From positions 515,735 through 579,734 of the forward strand of contig CAVYBS010000009.1 of the NCBI GenBank assembly GCA_963766845.1: 64,000 bases of DNA. The letters are read 5' to 3'. Made by a program: the position numbers and the translations under genes. The notes beneath the pieces were generated by a model. That model saw only the letters and a program-made list of their open reading frames with translations, made no database searches and was not told the DNA's origin. Shown in pieces: positions 9,399 to 20,602 of this stretch (its first letter is position 1; the number at the start of each line of letters is the position of its first letter). This DNA comes from an uncultured bacterium. GTDB taxonomy: Bacteria > Verrucomicrobiota > Verrucomicrobiia > Chthoniobacterales > SZAS-18.

Positions 9399-10420
9399 CC
9401 GGCAAACGCTTTTCCATCGTCCTGCCCGTGCGTAACGGCGGCGAACATCTCCGGTCCTGCGTGGCGAGCGTCCTCGCGCAGACGCTCGCCGACGGGTTCG
9501 AGCTGCTCGTCCTCGAAAACGCCAGCACGGACGGCACCGCCGAATGGCTGGCCACCCTGCGCGACCCGCGCGTGCGCCTGCACCCGGCCGACCGCCCGCT
9601 GTCCATCGAGGAAAACTGGGCGCGCATCAAAGCCATGCCGCGCGGGGAGTATATGACGGTCATCGGCCACGACGATCTGCTCGACCCGGATTTTTTGGAG
9701 ACGATGGGCGCACTTATCGACGCTCATCCCGGGGCCGGGTTGTATTTCGCGCATTTCCGGCTGATCGACGGGGAGGGAAAATTCGTGCGCCACTGCCGGC
9801 CGATGCCCGCGCGGGAAACGGCCGGTGAGTTCCTCGCGGTGCGGCTGCTGAACTTCCGCGACACCTTCGGCACGGGCTACGTGATGCGTTCAGCCGACTA
9901 CGACCGCGTCGGCGGCATCCCGCTCTACGAGAAGCTGATCCATTCGGACGATTCGTTGTGGATGCACCTGATGGAAGGCTCGTGGCGGGCCACCAGCCCG
10001 CGCGAACTTTTTTCTTACCGCTTGCACGAGCAGAGCGTCAGCGGCGGGACCAACCCTCTGGGCTATCTCGCCGCGTTGGAGAGTTACCAGGATGCGCTCG
10101 ACGCGATGGCCCGGCGCGATCCCGGGGTGCGCGAGATGCTGGCGCGCTACGGACCGGAGGCGAATTTCCAGTTCGGCGAGTACCTGCACAAGCGGTTCAT
10201 GCTCACGTCGCTGGCGGGCCGGGGGGCGTACCCGGCGGACGTGCCCGCGCGCCTGCGGCGGGTCCAGGAACGGTTCGCGGGCGGCGCGGGCGCTTTCCAG
10301 CGCAAACGGCGGCTGCGGTGGCTGGAACGGTTGTACCGATTTCCCGGCGGACGCTCCCTCTACCGTCTGGCGCGTGCGCTGGCGGCCTTTGCCGGGCAAG
10401 GGCATCGGCTGGCCGGTTGA
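9395..10420 (+). CDS. Glycosyltransferase family 2 (paralogue of 3013-4074)
   Basis: IVLPVRNG, ENASTDGT, GHDDLL. Confidence 0.9.
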   Translation: MTGKRFSIVLPVRNGGEHLRSCVASVLAQTLADGFELLVLENASTDGTAEWLATLRDPRVRLHPADRPLSIEENWARIKAMPRGEYMTVIGHDDLLDPDFLETMGALIDAHPGAGLYFAHFRLIDGEGKFVRHCRPMPARETAGEFLAVRLLNFRDTFGTGYVMRSADYDRVGGIPLYEKLIHSDDSLWMHLMEGSWRATSPRELFSYRLHEQSVSGGTNPLGYLAALESYQDALDAMARRDPGVREMLARYGPEANFQFGEYLHKRFMLTSLAGRGAYPADVPARLRRVQERFAGGAGAFQRKRRLRWLERLYRFPGGRSLYRLARALAAFAGQGHRLAG

Positions 10421-10485
10421 CACCCTGTTCGCAACGGCTATACATCGCGCACCGCCGCGCCGTCGGGGACGCGCCGGTTTCCGCC

Positions 10486-11781
10486 GTGAAAGTCCTTCTT
10501 GACCTGTCCATCCTCGGGGCCGCCGCCAACCCGCACCAGCGCGGCACGCAGGGGATTTTCCGCGTCGTCGAGCATACCGCCCGCGCGCTGACTGCCACCG
10601 CCGACGTGGAGCCGTGGTTCCACGCCCGGCAGAACCGCCTGGAGGCACGCCGGTATTTTGAAAAAAACCTCGTCCCGTCGGCCCGGCGGGACGCGCGCTT
10701 CGCCGAGCCGGCGCTGCCCGGCGGACGCCCGGTGGCCGGAGCGGCGACGTGGGCGGATGATTTCCTCTCCCGCCATTATCCTTTCGCGCCCTGGCGCTGG
10801 CTGGCCAGCGGACGGGTGCTCTGGGCGGGCGTGCGCTGGCTGCTGCGAGGCGTGGAACCGGCCGCGCTCGACCGTCTGGACATTTACCACAGCCCGACGG
10901 GACGTTTTCCTGCGTGGACGGCCCATCGGCCCAGGCTGCGCCGGTTCCTGACCGTTTACGACCTGATCCCGATCATCCGGCCGGATTTTTTCCCTCCGGA
11001 CACCGCCCGGCACATGCGCGCGACCCTCGGAGGCATCACCGCGAAAGACTGGGTCCTTTGCATTTCCGAATCGACCCGGCGTGACCTGCTCGCGCATTAC
11101 CCTGCCTGCCATCCCGACCGGGTGCTCGTGATCCCTCTGGCGGCCGAGGCTTTTTTCCACCCGGAAAACGATCCGGCCCGGCTCGCCGCGGTCGCCGAAC
11201 GTCACGGTGTCCCGGCGGGGTGCCCGTACTTCCTGAGCGTTTCCACCCTGGAACCGCGCAAGAACTTCGAGACCGTCATCCGCGCCTACGCCCGCTTCGT
11301 GCGCGACGACCCGGCGCGGCCGTCCCGGCTGGTGCTCGTCGGCGGCAAGGTGCGCGCGGACACCCATCCGATCTTCGCGGCCCTGGACGCCGAGGGCGAG
11401 AGCATCCGGCAGCGGGTGATCTTCACCGGCTTCGTGCCGGACGACGATCTGGCTGCGCTGTACTCGGGGGCGCTGGCGTTCGTCTACCTGTCGTTCTACG
11501 AGGGGTTCGGGCTGCCGCCGCTGGAGGCCATGCAATGCGGCCTGCCGACGGTCGTCTCGGACGTGTCCTCGCTACCGGAAGTCGTCGGCGACGCCGGAAT
11601 CAAGCTCGATCCGACCGACGAGACCAGCGTCGCCGCGGAGATGCGCTCCCTCTACCTCGACCCCGCCCGGCGGCAGGAACTCTCGGCGCGTTCCATCGTC
11701 CGCGCCCGGGCGTTCAGTTGGGAGCGGTTCGCCGAGGGGACGCTGGCGGCCTATCGGCTCGCGCTGGCGACGGACGCCTGA
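10486..11781 (+). CDS. Glycosyltransferase family 4 (mannosyltransferase-like)
   Basis: TVYDLIP, STLEPRKN, YEGFGLPPLEAMQCG; start set at GTG of VKVLLDLS. Confidence 0.92.
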   Translation: MKVLLDLSILGAAANPHQRGTQGIFRVVEHTARALTATADVEPWFHARQNRLEARRYFEKNLVPSARRDARFAEPALPGGRPVAGAATWADDFLSRHYPFAPWRWLASGRVLWAGVRWLLRGVEPAALDRLDIYHSPTGRFPAWTAHRPRLRRFLTVYDLIPIIRPDFFPPDTARHMRATLGGITAKDWVLCISESTRRDLLAHYPACHPDRVLVIPLAAEAFFHPENDPARLAAVAERHGVPAGCPYFLSVSTLEPRKNFETVIRAYARFVRDDPARPSRLVLVGGKVRADTHPIFAALDAEGESIRQRVIFTGFVPDDDLAALYSGALAFVYLSFYEGFGLPPLEAMQCGLPTVVSDVSSLPEVVGDAGIKLDPTDETSVAAEMRSLYLDPARRQELSARSIVRARAFSWERFAEGTLAAYRLALATDA

Positions 11782-12003
11782 TGCCCCCGGGCAGAGTCGG
11801 AGCTTGTGGGGCGCGAGCTTTACGGCGCGGACTTTGCCAACCGAGCCATGACCTTTTCCCGCGCGTTCCACCCCTCGTAACGCTCACGCCCCGGTCTGGC
11901 GCTCGGCCGGTCTGCTGTTGCTGATCCGCGGGAGGGGACACGCCCGGGCGGGCGCAATTTTCAGGCTGGAAATCACGTCCGGGTTGCTTCATCTTGGGCC
12001 GGC

Positions 12004-13521
12004 ATGGCGCAAACGATCATCCTGGACAGCCGCATCCGAAGCCTCATCGTGCTGCTGCCCGCGCTGGGCATTGCGATGTGGATCGCCTCCGAGCTTTCCT
12101 CGGGCGAATTCCTCATCCCCCTAATGGTCATCATGGCGTTCGGCGCGCTGGTCTTTTTCAGTGTGTTCGTGCAGGTCGTCCGGGTCGAGGCCGCCGTGCT
12201 CAACATGCTGCTGGTCGGCTACATCGTCGGCAACCGGGGTTTCGCCGAGTTGACGCTCGCCAAGCCCCTTTACCCGGGCGAGATCGCCCTAGGGGTGATT
12301 TTCGTCGCCACGCTCATCCGCTACGTCCTCAGCCGCGAACTGCCCGATCTCAGCGGCCTGCTGGCCCGGCTGGTCCTGATTTATTGCGTGCTGGGCGCGG
12401 TGCGGCTGTTCCTGGACTACAGCACCTACCACATGGATGCCGCGCGCGACTCCGCGATGGTGTACTACAGCATCTTTTTTTTCCTGGGGCGGGAGCTGGC
12501 CACGCGGCCGGCCTCGAAGCTCATGCTGGAGCGGTGTCTGCGGTTCAGCTTCATTGCCCTGGTGCCTATCGCGCTGGTCCAGCGGTTGTTCCCCGAGACG
12601 TTCATGATCAACATCCTGAGCCAGAAGGATGATATTCTCACCACGTTCTCGGCGCTGGGGGTGTTCGTCCTCTACACCCGTCCGAACATCTACCGCTTCA
12701 AATGGCTGCGGGCCATGCTCATCCTTTTCTACATCGGTTACATCGCCATCGGGGTGACCCGTGCCTCGCTCGTCGGATTGATGCTTGGCGGCATCATTTT
12801 GCTCGTCGCCCGTCAGTGGAAATTCCTGTCGTACTTCGCCGTGGCCCTCGTGTTGGGCTTGACGGCGCTGGGCGGCCTGGCCTTCACGTACGGCAGTTCC
12901 AGCACCATCAGCCCCGAGGTGATGTTGGAAAAGTTCGAGTCGATTGTCGATGTCACCGGCACCAAGCAGTACAACAGCGATTTCGGCAACCTCAAGGCCA
13001 GTAACAACGAGTTCCGGCGCACGCTCTGGCAGTCTTTCTTTGACGACACGACCGAGAGCTCCCCGGTCTTCGGCCGTGGCTTCGGTTACGATTTCCTCGC
13101 TCGCTACCAGGACGTGTTCCGCAAGGGTGAATGGGGAAACCTGCGTTCCGCGCACAATTTTTACATCACGCTCTACGGACGGATGGGGATCATCGGCAGC
13201 ATCGTTTTCCTGTTGATCACCTGGCAGGTCATCGTGGGCGGCGTCCGGGCGGGTCTGGCGGCCCGCGCGGGTTGGTTACCGTTGGAGGATTTGAGCTACT
13301 GGTGCGGGGCTTGGGCGATCCTGACAGCGGCCGTCTTCGGCGTCGTGCTGGAAGGGCCGATGGGGGCGACCGTCTTCTGGACCTTCCTCGGCGTCGGCGT
13401 CAGGACGATGCAAGCCGCCGCGGAGGAACGCCGGGAAGCCCTCGCGTCTCCCGACCTCGACCTCCAATTGCCGGCCATCGAAGAACCGCGCCGCCGGATC
13501 GGTCACCGCATGGCCCGATAG
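12004..13521 (+). CDS. O-antigen ligase/polymerase family (Wzy_C) membrane protein
   Basis: Many TM segments, TRAS, periplasmic loop with PVFGRGFG and SAHNFY, GIIG. Confidence 0.82.
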   Translation: MAQTIILDSRIRSLIVLLPALGIAMWIASELSSGEFLIPLMVIMAFGALVFFSVFVQVVRVEAAVLNMLLVGYIVGNRGFAELTLAKPLYPGEIALGVIFVATLIRYVLSRELPDLSGLLARLVLIYCVLGAVRLFLDYSTYHMDAARDSAMVYYSIFFFLGRELATRPASKLMLERCLRFSFIALVPIALVQRLFPETFMINILSQKDDILTTFSALGVFVLYTRPNIYRFKWLRAMLILFYIGYIAIGVTRASLVGLMLGGIILLVARQWKFLSYFAVALVLGLTALGGLAFTYGSSSTISPEVMLEKFESIVDVTGTKQYNSDFGNLKASNNEFRRTLWQSFFDDTTESSPVFGRGFGYDFLARYQDVFRKGEWGNLRSAHNFYITLYGRMGIIGSIVFLLITWQVIVGGVRAGLAARAGWLPLEDLSYWCGAWAILTAAVFGVVLEGPMGATVFWTFLGVGVRTMQAAAEERREALASPDLDLQLPAIEEPRRRIGHRMAR

Positions 13522-14612
13522 ATTTCCAGCAACTGCTCGTAGTGCCGTTCCCAGGAGAGGGACGCGGCCTGCTCCCGGCCGGCGGCGACCCGGGCGGCGC
13601 GTTCGAGGGGATCGGTCAACAAAACGCGCAGGTGTCGGGCGGCCGTGCCGGGGTCGTCGGGTCCGAAATACAGCGCCGCCCCGCCGCCGACTTCCGGCAG
13701 GCTGGTGACGTTGGTGCAGACGACCGGGCAGCCCGCCGCCATCGCTTCGAGTACGGGAAAACCGAAGCCCTCGATGCGCGAGGGAAAAACCAGCGCTTCG
13801 GCACGTTGGTAGGCCGCTGCCAGCTCGGCGTCAGTCACGCGGCCCAGCTCGACGAGTCCTCCCGGACCCAGCACCGCAGTCAGTTCGTCGCGCAACGGTT
13901 CCGGCAACGGGACGCCGGCGCGCAGCAGCGTCACCCCCTCCAGCGTCCCGCCTGCCCGCAAGGCCCGGAAGACCGCCGGCAGGATTTGCAGGTTCTTGCG
14001 CTCGATGACGTGGCCCACGCTGACGATCACGCGCCGGCCGGCGAGCCCCGCCAGCCAGGCTGGCGCGTCCGCCGGGGGACGCGCGAAGCTGTCGATGTGG
14101 ACGCCTTCGTAGAGCACGTGCAATTTCGCTGGCTCCAGACCCAGCAAGGCCATTGCCTCGTCAGCACTGTACCGGGACACGGCGAGCACCATGTCGGCGC
14201 GGTGGAGTTGATCGACGGTCCGCCGGAATCGCCGGGACTGGCTGGCGGTCAGGTCGCTCGGGTCGCGCAACGGAGCGAGATCGTGGACCGTGGCGATCTT
14301 GCGCACGCCGCGCGGCACGCGGGCCAGCAGGTGCGCGTAGGAGTGGTCGAGCACGTGGACGGTGTCCACCGACGGCGCGCGGGACCAGACCGCCGCCTGA
14401 CACGGGTACCAGACGTACTTTTGCAAAATCCGGCTCCAACGCGGGCCGCGCTGGCTCCGCGCGGGCGGCGGCCCCAGCGGGCAGCGGATTTCCACGTCCG
14501 GGCGCTGGACGTTGTCCGCACGCTGGCGCTGGCGTTCGAGTTCGCGCCAGTAACGATCCATGCTGTCCGCCCCGGCCGAGGGATGCGCTGGCAGCCAGAG
14601 GACTCCGTGCAT
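13503..14612 (-). CDS. Glycosyltransferase family 4
   Basis: TVHDLAP, ERKN, EGFGFPVLEAMAAGCPVV. Confidence 0.9.
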   Translation of the reverse strand: MHGVLWLPAHPSAGADSMDRYWRELERQRQRADNVQRPDVEIRCPLGPPPARSQRGPRWSRILQKYVWYPCQAAVWSRAPSVDTVHVLDHSYAHLLARVPRGVRKIATVHDLAPLRDPSDLTASQSRRFRRTVDQLHRADMVLAVSRYSADEAMALLGLEPAKLHVLYEGVHIDSFARPPADAPAWLAGLAGRRVIVSVGHVIERKNLQILPAVFRALRAGGTLEGVTLLRAGVPLPEPLRDELTAVLGPGGLVELGRVTDAELAAAYQRAEALVFPSRIEGFGFPVLEAMAAGCPVVCTNVTSLPEVGGGAALYFGPDDPGTAARHLRVLLTDPLERAARVAAGREQAASLSWERHYEQLLEIYRAMR

Positions 14613-14763
14613 GGTTGAAAGACGAGAAGGTCCGGGCGCTCCGGACGCCCCGATAGTTGCCGCCGGGACCGCGCGAGTCAAGCGGGCACCCGCCCGGCCG
14701 TGGCGAAAAAGTACGCGCCCCGAGGTTGCAACCCGCCAGTGTTTCGAGTTGGTTCGTCCCGTT

Positions 14764-15937
14764 TTGAAGCTCGCCTTTTCGCTCCTCTGCGAACACCCCG
14801 GACGCAAAACCGGGCTGACGACCCTGTTCCACGAGTTCGTCTCCCACGCCCTGGCGCTCTACCCGGAGATCGACTGGATCGTCTTCGCCGGTCCCGGCCA
14901 GGAGTGGACGGTGGACTCTCCCCGCGTGCAGGTCGTGCGGCGTTATCCGGCCAACGACCACCTCGCGCGGCGGTTGTGCGCGGATCATTTCCTGGTGCCG
15001 GCGGCGGCGCGGCGGATGGGCGCGGCGGCCCTGCTGACGGTCGGGTTCGTGCCGTTGCGCAAATCGCTGCCGGTGGTGATGCACCTGTTTTCGCTCCAGC
15101 ATCTCCAGGGCTCCAACCGCGTCGGGCTGGCCCGCGCGCTGTACCGCCGGCTGATCGTCAACCGCAGCGTGGATCGCGCGGACCGGATCATCGTGAACTC
15201 ACGCTTCGCGGCCGACCAGTTCCTGCGTGTGTTTCCGCGGGCGGCCGAGCGATTGACGGTCAGTTACGAGGGTTTGCAGCACGAGCAATTCACGCCCGAC
15301 GCGCCCGCAGACGAGGCGGCGGCTCTGGCGAAAGAATTTGGCGGCCTTGCGCCGGGCTACCTGCTGTGGGTGAGTAATTTCTACGCGTACAAACAGGCTG
15401 ATCTGCTGCTGGCCGCCTACGCGAAGCTCTCCCCCGCACGCCGCGCCGCCCACCCGCTCGTGATGGTCGGCGGCGGCTGGTACGGCGGCATGGACGCCGC
15501 CCGCGCGCACACCGCCGAATTGGGGATCGCGGACGACGTGCGCTTCCTCGGCTGGATCGACGACCGCTGGCTCGCGCCGCTCTACCGCCAAGCCCGCGCG
15601 TTCTGCCTCGCCAGCCGGGAGGAAACCTTCGGCCGCTGCGTCGTGGAGGCGATGGCCTGCGGCACGCCGTGCGTCGTCAACCACATCCCCATCATGGACG
15701 AGGTCACGGGCGGCCACGCGCTGATCGTCGATTACGCGCGACACCGACGCCACCGCCCGCGCGCTCGACACGCTGCTGGGCGACGACGCCCGCCACGACC
15801 GCCTGCGCGCGGACGGGATCGAGTGGGTGCGGCAGTTCGATTTCGACCGACTGTCGAGCGAACGGCTCGACGCGATTCTCGGTTTCCTCGGCCGCCCGGC
15901 CGCGCCCGTGCCGGCAAGTGAGGCAAATGGGGGTTGA
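14764..15937 (+). CDS. Glycosyltransferase family 4 (frameshift near 15740)
   Basis: ETFGRCVVEAMACGTP; C-terminus DTDATARALDTLL...VRQFDFDR continues in another frame to TGA 15937. Confidence 0.82.
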
Positions 15938-15972
15938 CTTCGCGGGCGTGATTCTTCCTGTTGTCTGTCGGT

Positions 15973-16234
15973 ATGGAACGGCTCAAACTGGCGCTGCGGG
16001 CGGTGGTCCTGCGCGTGGCGCGGCTGCTCGGCTCGCGCGTGGTCGATGCGCGCACCGGCCAGGTGCTCGGGCAGCGCGCTGGTGGTCGCGTTCCGCGGCC
16101 GGGTCCACGTGATCGGGCTGGACGCCATCGTCGTGCCGGTGTTCGTGCCGCAGGAGCGGCTGACGTACTGGAAGCAGGAACTGCGTTTCACCACGCATCC
16201 GCCGCCGGATTTCCCCCATGAGCCGGGTGCTTAA
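15973..16234 (+). CDS. Small hypothetical protein (one frameshift)
   Basis: MERLKLALR...DARTGQVLG joins ALVVAFRGRVHVIG...TYWKQEL...PPPDFP in the adjacent frame. Confidence 0.55.
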
Positions 16235-16968
16235 CCTGTTGCTGACCCACCAGCCCGCCCCCGCCGTGGCGCGGATGCTGGCTGGTGGCGCGGGTACTGC
16301 CCCGTCGAGGACGTGCTCCTCGTCTTCAGCGGCACGGAGGAGGCGCTCGCGCGGATCGCCCATCCGCACAAAATCCGCGTGGACGACGCCCGCCTGCGCA
16401 CCGTGCGCCACGCGCACGAACGGCAAAGCTACGGCGGCGGTCTGGCGCGGGGACCTCGCAATGGCTGGCGGAGCACGGGAGCGGTTTCACGCACGTGCAT
16501 TTCGCGGAGTACGACCAACTGCCGCTCGTCGCGGGGTTCAACGCATTGCAGGTCGCGCGGCTGGAGGAGGAACGCGCCGACGTGCTTGGCTTCCAGCTCG
16601 GGCGCGTGGACGGCACCAATCAGCCGCACCTGCTCTACCACCTGCTGCAGCCCGGTTTCATGGAACACTGGGCGAGCTTCAGCGTGCGGCCCGACCCGGG
16701 GGTGGTGCTCTCGATGTTCGGCAGCGGGTCGTTCTGGACGCGCGAGGCGTTCGACGCCGTGGCGCGCACGACCGAGCCGTTCCCGATCTACCTGGAGCTT
16801 TATCTGCCAACGACCGCGCACCATCTCGGCTATCGTCTGCGCGACTGGCGCGAACAGAACCGGCACATCCGCAGTCTGGGCAACTTCGTGGACCGCATCG
16901 AACAGGCCCGCCGCGACGGGGCCTGGACGCTGCATCCGGTCAAAACGATGTGGAACGAGCCTTCTTAA
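16218..16968 (+). CDS. Hypothetical protein, possible glycosyltransferase (two frameshifts)
   Basis: Three overlapping ORF pieces join coherently; HFAEYDQLP, YLELYLPT, C-terminal HPVK. Confidence 0.55.
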
Positions 16969-17297
16969 CACGCCTGCTGCCATGGCCTCGCGTAAGGAAT
17001 GCACATGCCGCAAAAGGAAATTGGTGACCCTCGGAATGAACAATAAATGCGCGGCAAACTGACAAACGCGGTCTTCTGCGGGGAAACACCAATGAGCCGG
17101 TCATCGGACAATCCTCGCCACGAATTATGCGCGTGGACGCATGGAGAGAAGCCCGTGAGGGAGAAAATGAGCATCCCATTGGACAACCCAAAGCGAACCG
17201 ATAACTTGAAGGGTTCTGCGTGTCGGCATGCCGCGTTTTTTCCCGAACGCTCACAAATCATCGCGCCGACCCCGGCAAATAACTACCGTCCAGATCT

Positions 17298-18437
17298 ATG
17301 CAGGAGATAAAGGCTCATACTGGCCTGCGTGGAGTGGCTGCCGTGGTCGTCATGCTTGTCCACTTGTCCCTCGGTTATTTCTTCACGAATTTTGACGCCG
17401 TTGAGCGATTTTTACCCAATAATCAAGCGGTAGATCTCTTCTTCGTACTCTCCGGATTTATCCTGGCTTATGTCTACGCTGGCCCCGGCGAAATCCGCCC
17501 GCGCGGCGGTTGGTGGAACTATCATCTCGCACGTTTCGCTCGAATTTATCCGCTTTACCTTGGCACATTGTTATCCTTGAGCATGATGGCGCTGGTGATG
17601 CTGCACTATCACCGGATCAACGAAGATAATTATCACCTCACCGATTTTTTTCGGCAGTTGTTTCTCATCAATTCCTATCCCGTCATCGGCACCGGTCAAA
17701 CATGGAATTATCCTGCTTGGTCAATCGGCATCGAATATTTGGCCTACGTTGCCATTTTCCCGTTGTTCCTGAAATGGCGTCCGGCCCGGATCTCCGCCGT
17801 TTTTTCCTTGGCGTGCATCGGCTTGCTGACCTTGGCCGAGATTTACTGCCTCCATGGCGTGAAACTTTGGCAAGAGATGCAGCACACGCTTTGGCTCGGA
17901 GTGATGAGAGGGATCGTTGGTTTCGGATCGGGTTGCCTGCTGCATGATCTCTTTACGTATCATCCAGGATGCACGTCGTTCTTCCAACGACGCGCCACGT
18001 TCTGCGTGGGCGTAGTCCTGACGGTGATCGCATTGTCCGGATATGGGTGGATCTCGGGATGGTGGTTATTATTGACGTGGCCTCCACTCGTGCTTTCGCT
18101 CACTTCTGCATCCGGGTGGCTGGGGCGGATGCTTTCTACGCGCGTGGCGTTGTTTTTCGGCAACATCTCGTACTCGCTCTACATGTTGCATGCCGTGGTC
18201 GGAAAGATGGCGACCGCTACATTCTACCGCACCCCGAACCTACTGCCGACGCCTTGGCGGGAACTCTTTGGCGTGGCATTTCTATTGTCTATAGTGCTGT
18301 TGGCTTGGCTGTCGTTCCGCTTTTTCGAGATGCCGGTGCGTTTCTGGCTGCGCACGAGTTTGCACCGCGCACCGGTGAGCGCCGGTCCACCAAGCGCCGC
18401 TTTGACTGGCGGCGAGAGTGTCAGACACGGAGGATGA
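17298..18437 (+). CDS. Acyltransferase family 3 (OafA-like O-acyltransferase)
   Basis: GLRGVAA...H, VDLFFVLSGF, RFARIYP, WSIGIE, GNISYSLYMLH, FFEMP. Confidence 0.92.
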   Translation: MQEIKAHTGLRGVAAVVVMLVHLSLGYFFTNFDAVERFLPNNQAVDLFFVLSGFILAYVYAGPGEIRPRGGWWNYHLARFARIYPLYLGTLLSLSMMALVMLHYHRINEDNYHLTDFFRQLFLINSYPVIGTGQTWNYPAWSIGIEYLAYVAIFPLFLKWRPARISAVFSLACIGLLTLAEIYCLHGVKLWQEMQHTLWLGVMRGIVGFGSGCLLHDLFTYHPGCTSFFQRRATFCVGVVLTVIALSGYGWISGWWLLLTWPPLVLSLTSASGWLGRMLSTRVALFFGNISYSLYMLHAVVGKMATATFYRTPNLLPTPWRELFGVAFLLSIVLLAWLSFRFFEMPVRFWLRTSLHRAPVSAGPPSAALTGGESVRHGG

Positions 18438-18598
18438 AAGGAAGGACCGCCGCCTTGCCAGAGAGTGCGGAGTGCTGAATCCACGCGGGATGAGAGCGGA
18501 TGGCTATGGCGTGAACTCCCCTACTGCGACAGCGGTGTGGAGATCACCGGGCACGCAGGCACGACTGGCAACCTCGCGTCCCCTGCAATGGCTTTTCC

Positions 18599-19648
18599 TC
18601 AATGCTGGTCTGACGACGCCTCGTGAATTTCCGAAAAGATGTCGTCGAGCGATTTCGTGATGCCCCAGCCGGGGTAATGCGACTGCATCTTCGTCAGATC
18701 GCTGATGTAACAGATGTGGTCGCCCTCGCGCGCCCTATCCACGTATTCGTAGCTCATCTTCCTGCCCGAGAGCGCCGCCGCCCGCTCGAACGCTTCCAGG
18801 ATCGACACGCTGTTCGCCCGGCCGCCGCCGATGTTGTACACCTCCCCGTAGCGCGGCCTCTCGTAAAAACGGTGGATGAAGCTGGCCACGTCAAACGCAT
18901 GAATATTATCGCGCACCTGCTTGCCGCCGTAGCCGAACACCTTGTACGTCCGCCCGATGACGTTGCACTTGATGAGATAGCTCAGGAACCCGTGGAGTTC
19001 GACGCCGCTGTGGTTCGGGCCCGTCAGGCAACCGCCGCGTAACGCGCAGCACTTCAACCCGAAATACCGCCCGTACTCCTGCACCATCACGTCGGCGGCC
19101 ACCTTGCTGGCCCCGAAGAGACTGTGCTTGCACTGGTCGATGGAAAACGTCTCCGCGATCCCGCACGCGAACAGGGGATCATCGTAGTCCCACCGGGTAG
19201 CCAATTCCTTGAGCGCGATGCGGTTGGGCCCATCGCCGTAGACCTTGTTGGTGCTCATGTGCACGAACACCGCCTCGGGCACATGACGGCGGGTGGCCTC
19301 CAGGAGGTTCAGCGTACCGCCCGCATTGACATCGAAGTCGTCAAAGGGCCGCGAGGCCGCGAGATCGTGGCTGGGCTGCGCGGCGGTGTGGACGATCAAC
19401 CCGGGCCGGAGCTGCTCCAGGCACGCCGCGACACCCGCGCGGTCGCGGATGTCGAGTTCGTGGTGTTGGAAAGCCTCGTGGGTGGCCAGCAGGCGTTTCT
19501 GGTTCCAGCGGGTGTCGCCGGCCGTGCCGAAAAAATCGGCCCGCATGTTGTTGTCCACGCCGTGGACCGTCCAGCCGAGGCGGATAAAAAATGCGACGAC
19601 TTCCGAGCCGATGAGGCCCGAGGAACCGGTAACGAGTGCGGTGGGCAT
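18599..19648 (-). CDS. NAD-dependent epimerase (CDP-paratose 2-epimerase-like)
   Basis: [39 protein letters not shown]. Confidence 0.9.
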   Translation of the reverse strand: MPTALVTGSSGLIGSEVVAFFIRLGWTVHGVDNNMRADFFGTAGDTRWNQKRLLATHEAFQHHELDIRDRAGVAACLEQLRPGLIVHTAAQPSHDLAASRPFDDFDVNAGGTLNLLEATRRHVPEAVFVHMSTNKVYGDGPNRIALKELATRWDYDDPLFACGIAETFSIDQCKHSLFGASKVAADVMVQEYGRYFGLKCCALRGGCLTGPNHSGVELHGFLSYLIKCNVIGRTYKVFGYGGKQVRDNIHAFDVASFIHRFYERPRYGEVYNIGGGRANSVSILEAFERAAALSGRKMSYEYVDRAREGDHICYISDLTKMQSHYPGWGITKSLDDIFSEIHEASSDQH

Positions 19649-19719
19649 CGGAGTTTTGCCAACGTCTGGACATTGTGCGGATGGGTCAAGCTCCGTTTGC
19701 GCCCGACGCGCCGGGGCGA

Positions 19720-20492
19720 TCAGGCCTCTTCGAGCGGATACTTCCGCAAACCGGTCAATTGCAGCAGGATTCGCACGACGAAAAGCGGGTTATAGACTAG
19801 GTATCGATAGGCCAGCCGCCGGGGTTCCTGCGTCAGACGGTAGAGCCATTCGAAGCCGCTGCGCTGCATCCAGCGGGGAGCCTGGCGCACGTGACCGGTC
19901 AGCAGATCGAAGGCCGCGCCGACGCCGAGCATCACCTTGACGCCACGCAAGGTTTCCAAGGAAGTAGCCATGAACTTTTCCTGCTTGGCACCCCCAGGCC
20001 GACCCAGAAAAAATCCGGCTGCAACTCGTCCGTCAGCGCCTGCAAGTCCGCGCGTTCGCCGGCGTCGAGTTCGCGGAACGGCGGGGTGTAGGTGCCGACC
20101 ACCCGCACGCCCGGGAAACGGTTTTCCAACGTGCGTTTGAGGTCTTCCGCCACACCTGGCTTGCCGCCGTAAAGGAAATGGGTAAAACCCTCTTCCACCG
20201 AGTGTTCACAAAGGTTGAGCATCAGGTCGGGTCCGTAGACCCGATCCATCGTACGGTGACCGCGCAGCTTGCCCAGCCAGACCATCGGTACGCCGTCCGG
20301 GGTGGAGAGCAGCGCACGATTGAAGATTCGCCGGTAGGCGGGGTCCTTGCGCGCCTCGCTGACGCTGTGGACGTTGGTGACGGTCACGTAGCCGCGCCGG
20401 TGGCTGCGGGCGGCGTCGAAGAGGATTTGCCGTGCGCGCGTCTGGTCAAGGACGCTGATGCCGACCCCCAGCACGTTGATGCGTTCGGGCAT
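19720..20492 (-). CDS. WecB/TagA/CpsF family glycosyltransferase (frameshift near 19990)
   Basis: [21 protein letters not shown] / PKQE split across frames, GVGAAFD, EWLYRL.QEPRRL. Confidence 0.88.
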
Positions 20493-20602
20493 GGAAAGCG
20501 GGAACGGCATGTCGGACCGTTAGCCAAAAAACCCCGGGCCACGCACCCGCGCGGTCGCACTATCCACGCGACCACCACCGGCTGCGCCGACCCGCGCGGT
20601 CC

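Noticed and set aside
9958-10485. Long N-terminal extension of the GT4 ORF
   Set aside because: Overlaps the GT2 gene in another frame; the GT4 domain begins at VKVLLD (10486)
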